DNA of 35,989 nt from IMG/VR virus record IMGVR_UViG_3300010398_000022, positions 1 through 35,989 of that record; one strand, written 5' to 3'. Position 1 is the stretch's first letter. Each line of letters starts with the position of its first letter. The notes under the pieces were generated by a model. It was not told the DNA's origin. It saw nothing but the letters and a program-made list of their open reading frames with translations, and did not search any database. This DNA is from a virus (Duplodnaviria; Caudoviricetes). This document shows, piece by piece, positions 26,545 to 33,463 of the stretch. The position numbers were made by a program, and so were the translations under genes.

Positions 26545-28662
26545 TTACCTTTTATGATAAATATCGTCTGCTAGTTTAACTAAATCAAGTATGCGCACTA
26601 TTTTCTTAACTCTGGCTGTTCTTATTATCTTGCTATAACGTTTTACTTGTATTCTTGGTGCTATTTCTGATATCTTTACAGTTTCCAAGAGAAAGCGTTG
26701 AACATCTTTGCTGACTGTTGTAACATAACGTAATTCCTGAGCTAGAATGCTTACACTGGGTCTTGGTGGGCGTTTAGCTGGTGGGAATGTGTTTGGGCCT
26801 ACTCCTGTTACTTGGTCTTGAATTGTTGTGGTTTCTGCTAGAGTTCTAATCTTTTTGGCTAATCTTGTTAGGGTTGATATTGCATTAGCTGTGTTAGTTG
26901 CAGTTCTTACTATGCCTCGTATTTTGGTTACTGTTGAGCTTATGGTTACTGACTCTGGGGTTAGTGCACGATTCTTTGATGCTATTTTTGATAATGTGCT
27001 TGGTGTTAGTGATATCGTTTCTGCTAGTAAACGAATTTTGGTTTGTGTTCTCGTAACTGTTGAGGCTATTGTGATAGTTTCAGTGAGGCTTTTGAATATG
27101 TTATGAGCTCCTGCTTTTGTTGCTGTTACAGCATCTGCTACAGTTGCAGTTTGAGTTAATGTTCTAATCTTTTGGGCTAATCTAGCAACTGTTGAGGCTA
27201 TTGTAATGGTTTCTGTTAGGCTTTTTACTGCTCCCTTGATTCTGGCTACTGTTGAGCTGATTGTTATTGAATCAGTAGCACTTCTGGTTTTTGCTGATAG
27301 TCTTGCTGGTATTGCTGCGCTGGTAATTGTTTCAGTTAATGTTCTAGTTTTGTTTCTTAGCAGGTTTAGTGAGGCTGTGGTTATTGTTACAGTTTCAGTT
27401 AGGCTTTTTGATATTGCTCTAGCTCCTAGAATTCTTGATACAGCATCTGTTATGCTAATTGTTTGAGTTAGAGTTCTAATCTTTTGGGCTAATCTTGCAG
27501 GAGTGCTGCTTATTGTTATGGTTTCAGTTATAGTTCGAATTTTGGCTACTAACCTAACTACTGTTGAAGAAATGGTGACTGTTTCGGTTAGTGCTTTAAC
27601 AGCTCCTTTTGATTTGGTGACTGTTGAGCTAATAGTGACTGTTTGTGATAAAGACCTGGTTAATGTTGATAATCTTGTAGGAATTGAAGAAATTGTGATA
27701 GTTTCAGTGATTGTTCTTATTTTGTTTCGTAATAATGGGCCTAAGCTATCTGATATTGCTATAGTTTGAGTTAAAGTTCGAATTATGCCCTTAGATTTGA
27801 CTACTGCATCAGTGATGGCTATCGTTTGAGTTATTGTTTTAACAATTCCTCTAGATCTTGCTACTGTTGAGCTTATTGTAACAGTTTCAGTGAGTATTCT
27901 GACATTTGCTTTCAGTCTTCCTACGGTTGAACTAATGGTTACTGTCTCTGTTAGGCTTCTAATCTTGGCTGTTAGTCTGCCTGGTGTTGATGAAATCGTT
28001 ATTGTTGTGGTTATTGTTCTTATTTTGTTTCGAAGTATAGCTAAACTCGCTGTTGAGGTAGTTACAGTTTCGGTCAAGGCTTTAACTGAGCCTTTTACTC
28101 TTGCTACAGTTGATGATATTGTAACTGTTTCAGCTGCTAATGCTCTGGCTTTAGTTGCTAGTCTTGTTACAGGTGAAGATATGGTTATTGTTGTTGTTAT
28201 TGTTCTAATCTTGTTGCGTAGCATGGCTAGACTTGCTGTTGCTATGGTTACTGTTTCTGTTAATGCCTTGACTGAGCCTTTTATTCGTGCTACTGTTGAG
28301 GAAATAGTTACAGTTTCAGTGGCTAATGGTCGTTGTTTAGCTGCTAGTCTTGTTAGAGGTGAAGATATGGTGACTGTTTCAGTTACTGTCCTGTTTTTGG
28401 CTGCTAATCTTGTTGGGCTTGATGCATCAGAGACAGCAACAGTTTCAGTTAATGATTTTACTACATTGTTGACTGCTGCTGGTGCCTGAATTATATACCA
28501 TAAATCATAGATTTCATCATATGCATCAATTCTAGCAATATCTTGATTGATTGATGCCATTACAGGAGCAGTTACAACAGAGGAAATGTTGGTAGTTACA
28601 CTGCATGAAGTGGGATAGCTATTAACAGCACATAAGGCCATTGTTACTGTTGTAGCTACCAT
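26545..28662 (-). CDS. Thr-rich, basic ~19-aa repeat protein (putative fibre/stalk)
   Basis: 705 aa with roughly 29 copies of (K/R)xLTETVTISSTVxR. Confidence 0.75.
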   Translation of the reverse strand: MVATTVTMALCAVNSYPTSCSVTTNISSVVTAPVMASINQDIARIDAYDEIYDLWYIIQAPAAVNNVVKSLTETVAVSDASSPTRLAAKNRTVTETVTISSPLTRLAAKQRPLATETVTISSTVARIKGSVKALTETVTIATASLAMLRNKIRTITTTITISSPVTRLATKARALAAETVTISSTVARVKGSVKALTETVTTSTASLAILRNKIRTITTTITISSTPGRLTAKIRSLTETVTISSTVGRLKANVRILTETVTISSTVARSRGIVKTITQTIAITDAVVKSKGIIRTLTQTIAISDSLGPLLRNKIRTITETITISSIPTRLSTLTRSLSQTVTISSTVTKSKGAVKALTETVTISSTVVRLVAKIRTITETITISSTPARLAQKIRTLTQTISITDAVSRILGARAISKSLTETVTITTASLNLLRNKTRTLTETITSAAIPARLSAKTRSATDSITISSTVARIKGAVKSLTETITIASTVARLAQKIRTLTQTATVADAVTATKAGAHNIFKSLTETITIASTVTRTQTKIRLLAETISLTPSTLSKIASKNRALTPESVTISSTVTKIRGIVRTATNTANAISTLTRLAKKIRTLAETTTIQDQVTGVGPNTFPPAKRPPRPSVSILAQELRYVTTVSKDVQRFLLETVKISEIAPRIQVKRYSKIIRTARVKKIVRILDLVKLADDIYHKR
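26800..28465 (-). repeat. ~57-bp degenerate coding tandem repeat
   Basis: Recurring GTTACAGTTTCAG/ACTGTTGAG-like motifs on the + strand, encoding TETVTISSTV. Confidence 0.8.
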
Positions 28663-28672
28663 CTTCTGCTAA

Positions 28673-29938
28673 TCAGGCCTCTTCCCATTCAACAAATACT
28701 GTGGCTGGAAGTGTTGTAACTGGTGGAACTATATTAAGAACTGCAACTATGTAGCGTAGAGTTAATGTATGGGCAGTTGTGGCATCAGCATTAACCACTC
28801 TAAAGTTTATTTTGTCTGTTGAAGCTGTTAAGCTGTCAGTGTGAGTTGTATCTGTGAAGATGCCTGTTGCACCACCAGCAATTGATATTGTTTGTGTGCC
28901 TGATGCTGCATTCTTTCTAAAGTCTACTGTTGAGGCTACTGTTGTGGCATTGGCTGATACACTTACTCTCAAAAGCTTTACAATGCAAGTGCCATCTGTA
29001 GCAGTTACCAGTCTGGTTTTTAGTTGTTGATTTGCTTCTGTTGTTTGGCCTTGCTGCATGCTGCCAATCATAACATAGCCAGTTGTGTTGATAGCAAAGA
29101 CCTGAACACCATTGTTAGCACTTGCATAAGCATAAAGCAGTGAATCCCCATTGGTTGAAACATAGTCAACTGTGTTAACTCTTGGGTCTACTGTATCAGT
29201 GCCAGTGCTTGTAATTTGAACAATATCTGTTAAATCATCAGCAGCTACAGCATCTGTGTGGGATGTATCCTCAAAAACACCTGCTGCTCCAGTGGCATTT
29301 AATGTCATGGTTTTGCTGGTTGCATTATCTCTGAATGTGTAGGTTGTGCCTGTTGCTCTATTAGCAGCAGTATTAACATGCAGGTTTTTGGCTGTAACTG
29401 CTACTGGTATTGATAATTGTCTGTTGGCTTCAGTAGCATTAGGAAAGTTATCAGTTCCATGGCCTAGATAGGCAGTGTTTGAGGCTGTTGTGGTTGTATT
29501 ACCACCATGGCAAGTGCCTAGTTTAGATACACAATCAGTTGTGGTGGTTGGAGTAAACTGTAAAGACCACATTAAGCATTTTAGATTAGCTGCACTGCCT
29601 GATAGTTGCTGCATGGCAAACCAATCTCCTGCTGCTACAGCCACAGTGTGGGTTGTATCTTCAAATTCACCTGTTGCTCCTGCTGAAATTGATAATGTTA
29701 TCGCGCTGTTTGCTCCATTCTTTCTTAGCATTATTGTGGCTGCTCCTGTCTGGTTGTTGGTGTTAACATTCATCCAATAGTTTGAGAATGTGCCTGGTGT
29801 TCGCCATACTGTTTTACCATCAGAAGTTTCAGATACATCAGAAAATGATACACCACAACAAACTGAATCATAATCACCAGCTACAGTTGAGCGGATATCT
29901 CCACCATTTGAACTGGAATAAACTAGAGATTTAACCAT
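28673..29938 (-). CDS. Virion protein with three internal beta-domain repeats
   Basis: 421 aa; RKNGA..ISAGATGEFEDTTHT, RDNAT..GAAGVFEDTSHT and RKNAA..IAGGATGIFTDTTHT. Confidence 0.7.
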   Translation of the reverse strand: MVKSLVYSSSNGGDIRSTVAGDYDSVCCGVSFSDVSETSDGKTVWRTPGTFSNYWMNVNTNNQTGAATIMLRKNGANSAITLSISAGATGEFEDTTHTVAVAAGDWFAMQQLSGSAANLKCLMWSLQFTPTTTTDCVSKLGTCHGGNTTTTASNTAYLGHGTDNFPNATEANRQLSIPVAVTAKNLHVNTAANRATGTTYTFRDNATSKTMTLNATGAAGVFEDTSHTDAVAADDLTDIVQITSTGTDTVDPRVNTVDYVSTNGDSLLYAYASANNGVQVFAINTTGYVMIGSMQQGQTTEANQQLKTRLVTATDGTCIVKLLRVSVSANATTVASTVDFRKNAASGTQTISIAGGATGIFTDTTHTDSLTASTDKINFRVVNADATTAHTLTLRYIVAVLNIVPPVTTLPATVFVEWEEA

Positions 29939-29941
29939 TTT

Positions 29942-30382
29942 TTAAACAAAGACCAATGTTACAGTGCCAGCTCCTAATCTTTGGTCTACCTTTTGTTGTG
30001 CTGTATTCTTTTGTGCTTGTGTTAGATTTAGATTTCCAATTGTAACTGTTAGAGTTCTATTTGGAAATGTGCCATTCCATTGATATGAATAAGGCACATC
30101 ATCACGCCAGTCTACTTGTCCCTTGCTATCTGGTGCTTTTCCTACTATTGTTGGAAAATTTTCTAATAGAGTGCTAACACTGTATGATTGTTTTTGATGT
30201 TCTTCTAAGAGTTTATCATGGTGTTGTTGAATGTTAGCTGTGTTTGCTGCTGGGTGCTGACTACAGCGTTGTTTTATGTTTGTAGCTGTGTGTGGTCTGG
30301 TGCTACCTAAGTCTAAATCCCATTGATATTCGATAATACATCCACAAGGTGCAGTCCATGTTGTTTGCTGTATGTTAACCAG
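29942..30382 (-). CDS. 146-aa protein with non-canonical start (CTG, or ATA at 30373); CxC...CxxH motif
   Basis: Not in the ORF track. The frame (M)VNIQQTTWTAPCGCIIEYQWD..QRCSQHP..LGAGTVTLVFV fills the gap exactly and ends 3 nt before the next ATG. In-frame stops lie just upstream. Confidence 0.7.
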   Translation of the reverse strand: MVNIQQTTWTAPCGCIIEYQWDLDLGSTRPHTATNIKQRCSQHPAANTANIQQHHDKLLEEHQKQSYSVSTLLENFPTIVGKAPDSKGQVDWRDDVPYSYQWNGTFPNRTLTVTIGNLNLTQAQKNTAQQKVDQRLGAGTVTLVFV

Positions 30383-30794
30383 CTTGATTAATCACTATCC
30401 CAAATATTGAGCCAGGAGTTATAACGATTTTATCGTCTTCATCTGCTGCTGCCCAGTAAAAGTCAGTGCCAGCATGAACACTTAGAGCATCAATTGTTGA
30501 TGCTACTGTGCCCTTTGTTCCAGGACCAATCTTACATGTTGATACACTAGCAGGTGCATTAGCATCTAGTGCTATAGGAGTATAAGAAGACATTCCAGTT
30601 CCAGCAACAGATTCAGTGATTAAGTCTATTGAATGGTAGTTATCATCGGTTGTTAATCCAGTGCCATCATCTGTTGTAACTCTTATCTTTTTTATTTTGA
30701 GAGTTGTGTTTGCTGGTGCATCTATTTCTATTGCTAATTGGTCTGTGTTAGCTGTAAAGCTGGCAGTAACCACAGCACTGTATATGTTTGTCAT
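30375..30794 (-). CDS. Small beta-sandwich virion protein, paralogue A
   Basis: 139 aa; IEIDAPANTTLKIKKIRV..YWAAADEDDKIVITP. Confidence 0.65.
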   Translation of the reverse strand: MTNIYSAVVTASFTANTDQLAIEIDAPANTTLKIKKIRVTTDDGTGLTTDDNYHSIDLITESVAGTGMSSYTPIALDANAPASVSTCKIGPGTKGTVASTIDALSVHAGTDFYWAAADEDDKIVITPGSIFGIVINQAG

Positions 30795-31282
30795 TCAACA
30801 TGGTCAACACTTACAGTAAACTTTTGTGATACAACTGCTGACTGAATAACAACAGCAAAACATGAAGCTGGTTTAACTACTATCATATCGTCATCATCTC
30901 TCGCTAACCATTCATAAAGTGCTCTTGTATTTATTGAGATTTGGTCTATGATGGTGACATTTGTTGTGCCTAAGGCTAGGGCTGTGGTTGTTGTTTTTAT
31001 CTTACATGAACCTGAAGCTGGCAATACTGAGATAGGTAAGTTAGCGTTTCGTAGAACTGGTGTGAATGCTGTTGAACTGCCAGCTGTTGTTGTATCCCAT
31101 CTGTATAGTTTAACCATGAAATAGTTATCAAGTCCAACAGTTGCTGTTCCATCTGAATAACCAACTCTTACACGTTTTACTTTGATAGTTATACCAGTTG
31201 GTGCCTTTAGTTCTACAAATACATCAGCAGTGTTTATTGTTGTGTTTGAAGTGGCTGATACATTGGTTGTATATTGAACCAT
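30791..31282 (-). CDS. Small beta-sandwich virion protein, paralogue B
   Basis: 163 aa; VELKAPTGITIKVKRVRV..EWLARDDDDMIVVKP, clearly similar to 30375-30794. Confidence 0.65.
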   Translation of the reverse strand: MVQYTTNVSATSNTTINTADVFVELKAPTGITIKVKRVRVGYSDGTATVGLDNYFMVKLYRWDTTTAGSSTAFTPVLRNANLPISVLPASGSCKIKTTTTALALGTTNVTIIDQISINTRALYEWLARDDDDMIVVKPASCFAVVIQSAVVSQKFTVSVDHVE

Positions 31283-31316
31283 TTAGTTAGTTACCTATCT
31301 CATTTCCTTTGCCATG

Positions 31317-32375
31317 TTAATTAAGAAGTGACCTCTTCTTTGAGCTCTTTTTGATAACTGTGCTGTTTATCAATATGTTTTCTATGAGTTTTCTTACTGG
31401 TCTGTTGGGCACTTGAATATAGGTTGGTGTTGATGATATGGTTATGGTTGTTGGAATTACTCTGACTCTTGATCTTAGTTGAGTTGGTGCTACTGCTCCC
31501 ACAGTTACAGTTTCAGTGAGAGTTGCTACTTTGTTATGGGCTAGTATCTTATCAGCAGTTGATAATATGGTTACTGTTTGAGTTACAGTTCGCTTTTTGG
31601 TTGTTAATCTGGTTAAGCTGCTTGTTGTTGAGCTTACTGTTGTTGGTATGGCTTTAATTGAGCCTTTCTTTCTAGTTGGTGCTACAGCTCCTATGGTTAC
31701 TGTGCTTGTTAATGCTGCTACAGCATTATTTTGAAAGGTTATGGTTTGAGGTGTCTCAATGTATGAAGCATGATTGCTTACTGTGTTGCTGTTGGCATTG
31801 TTTTCTGTGGTTCCATCATAGTAGAAGGTTAGGGTTCTGGCTGTTGCATTGTTTTGTGTTATCTGAAACATGCATTCATAAACAATAACACAGCCACTCG
31901 GTATGCTGTTTACTGCTGCTCCTGCAAATGTGCCAAATAATGAGGTTTCTGTGGCTGAAGAACTGGGTTCTGTGTAATCAGTGTTGGTTGAGCCATCTAT
32001 AATGTTGCCTACCTTGGTTTGTGTGACTGGATTCCAGACATAAACACATATTGTTATAGATTTACCTGAACCTGAACATGGGAAGTTGGCATTAACATTA
32101 TCTTCCTCAACAGCAAAAGCATAATTCCATGTGTTTGCTGCTATGCTGGTATTGCTGAATGTTCTAGTAACAAATCTAGTGAAGTGTAATACTTGAGAAC
32201 TGGTTGATGCATTTGAAGGACAGTCAATGCTGTTCTGGGCTGTGCCTATCGTAGTGTTCATAGTTCTGTTGGTGCCTGCTGAATCACCATTGTTGTCTAC
32301 TGCTAGTGAAGATTGTTCAGTAGTTGGTAAGCCAGCTTGGGCGTTAGCTGTAGAATGAAAATAAAGCTTTGTCAA
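31317..32375 (-). CDS. Virion protein with globular N-domain and C-terminal TETVT-type repeats
   Basis: 352 aa, TTG start; C-terminal LTSTVTI/VTQTVTI/LTETVTV repeats like those of 26545-28662. Confidence 0.65.
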   Translation of the reverse strand: MTKLYFHSTANAQAGLPTTEQSSLAVDNNGDSAGTNRTMNTTIGTAQNSIDCPSNASTSSQVLHFTRFVTRTFSNTSIAANTWNYAFAVEEDNVNANFPCSGSGKSITICVYVWNPVTQTKVGNIIDGSTNTDYTEPSSSATETSLFGTFAGAAVNSIPSGCVIVYECMFQITQNNATARTLTFYYDGTTENNANSNTVSNHASYIETPQTITFQNNAVAALTSTVTIGAVAPTRKKGSIKAIPTTVSSTTSSLTRLTTKKRTVTQTVTILSTADKILAHNKVATLTETVTVGAVAPTQLRSRVRVIPTTITISSTPTYIQVPNRPVRKLIENILINSTVIKKSSKKRSLLN

Positions 32376-32379
32376 TAAA

Positions 32380-32859
32380 TCAGCTTAAGTTATTAGTCCA
32401 TGAAATTTTGAGCGTATCATTAGCTACCAGAGTTCCTGAACCTGTTGAGAAGTTAGCAATGTGAGGCATTGTTCCAGCTGATGAGGCATTGAATAAGGCT
32501 GAAGCTAAAACAGAAGTGAATGAACCTGTTGCAGTAAAAGTGTGCTCAACCAATGTTGAATTACTGGCTGCGGTATGTGTTTTAGTAACAGCATCAGCTC
32601 TTGATAAACCATTAGTTACAATCTCTCCAGTTAACGTGGTGTTCCCGACAGCGGGTGTGATTACAGATTCAGTGCTTGCTATAAAGCCTGCTCCTCTTGT
32701 TCCAGTTGAAGTGTTTGTGTAGATTTGGGCATGCATCCAGTCTTTACCAGCATCAGTTAGTAGGTTATGTTGAAATAATGCTATTACTTTTTGTTTACCT
32801 GTTTTATGTTTTGTAACAACTGCTGAGCAAAATCCTGCTGATGCAAATTGCGACATCAT
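32380..32859 (-). CDS. Putative virion structural protein (fibre-base type)
   Basis: 159 aa; NLLTDAGKD..GNTTLTGEI..ALFNASSAGTM..LVANDTLKISW, a pattern seen in phage structural proteins. Related to 7523-8173. Confidence 0.6.
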   Translation of the reverse strand: MMSQFASAGFCSAVVTKHKTGKQKVIALFQHNLLTDAGKDWMHAQIYTNTSTGTRGAGFIASTESVITPAVGNTTLTGEIVTNGLSRADAVTKTHTAASNSTLVEHTFTATGSFTSVLASALFNASSAGTMPHIANFSTGSGTLVANDTLKISWTNNLS

Positions 32860-33144
32860 TTATGTTGCAACCTCTTGTTTAGTTGAACTGCGTTGAACTG
32901 TTCCCATCATCTTTGAATCGCATTCTTCACACCTTAAAGAAATATTCTTAGAACCTGTGTTTGGGTCTATTGGGTGGTAAGGCAATTGTGTGAAATATAT
33001 CTTTACACCACATCTTACACAAGCTGTTTCTCCAGATTCAGTATGAGCAGGATTATCAATACAGTGTTCATTCCATTCTACAACACTTTCTGTTTCAAAG
33101 TCATGAGCTGAGCATTTGAATGCTCCACCTTCTACGAAAGCCAT
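32860..33144 (-). CDS. Zinc-binding protein
   Basis: 94 aa with CSAH..HC..H, CVRC and CEEC. Confidence 0.7.
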   Translation of the reverse strand: MAFVEGGAFKCSAHDFETESVVEWNEHCIDNPAHTESGETACVRCGVKIYFTQLPYHPIDPNTGSKNISLRCEECDSKMMGTVQRSSTKQEVAT

Positions 33145-33170
33145 TTAATAACTAACAATAATGTCTATTA

Positions 33171-33183
33171 ATTGTGAGAACTA
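33171..33183 (-). promoter_or_regulatory. Late-promoter-like motif TAGTTCTCACAAT
   Basis: Begins 39 nt upstream of ATG 33144, the first gene of the 11-kb block. Confidence 0.6.
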
Positions 33184-33193
33184 AGAATAGTAT

Positions 33194-33316
33194 GCAACGG
33201 GAAACCGTGCCGCCAGAACAGAATGTCCTCGGTCATGGCAAGAGCTTTTTCGGTGATACTGTCGGTCACTGTTTTGTGCTCTCATGTGGTCTTGGTGGGG
33301 AGACCTGCCAATGACT
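33194..33316 (+). ncRNA. Candidate structured RNA: GAAA-tetraloop hairpin plus three-way junction
   Basis: ACGG-GAAA-CCGT hairpin; P1 GTCATGGCA/TGCCA-A-TGAC; P2 AGAGC..CGGTGA/TCACTG..GCTCT; P3 GGTCT/AGACC. G-U pairs favour the + strand. Confidence 0.45.
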
Positions 33317-33427
33317 CCCAAGCGGTGTGCTAATTGTGGTGGCAGATTAGTAAATGAATACAGAAGTGGTGGCCATGATTATGTTCATAAAGTTATTTGT
33401 GTGAAATGTAATCAAACTTGTGAGTAG
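33311..33427 (+). CDS. 38-aa zinc-ribbon microprotein MTPKRCANCGGRLVNEYRSGGHDYVHKVICVKCNQTCE
   Basis: CANC...CVKC knuckle pair; manual translation. Confidence 0.65.
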   Translation: MTPKRCANCGGRLVNEYRSGGHDYVHKVICVKCNQTCE

Positions 33428-33438
33428 ATTTGGCCTGG

Positions 33439-33458
33439 TCTTGGTGGGTCTACCAAGA
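33439..33458. terminator. Hairpin between convergent genes
   Basis: TCTTGGT-GGGTCT-ACCAAGA between stops at 33427(+) and 33464(-). Confidence 0.4.
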
Positions 33459-33463
33459 GAGAT

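Noticed and set aside
26759-26770. Third copy of GGTCTTGGTGGG
   Set aside because: It lies in coding sequence for RPPRP with no partner arm; likely chance.
10500-28465. CRISPR array or diversity-generating retroelement suggested by tandem repeats
   Set aside because: The repeats are in-frame coding repeats with synonymous variation. There are no unique spacers, no reverse transcriptase and no adenine-specific TR/VR pair.
33192-33314. 40-aa ORF MQRETVPPEQ... with ATGA overlap to the zinc-ribbon ORF
   Set aside because: Codon usage is atypical and there is no motif. The region is better explained by RNA structure, although a leader peptide cannot be excluded.
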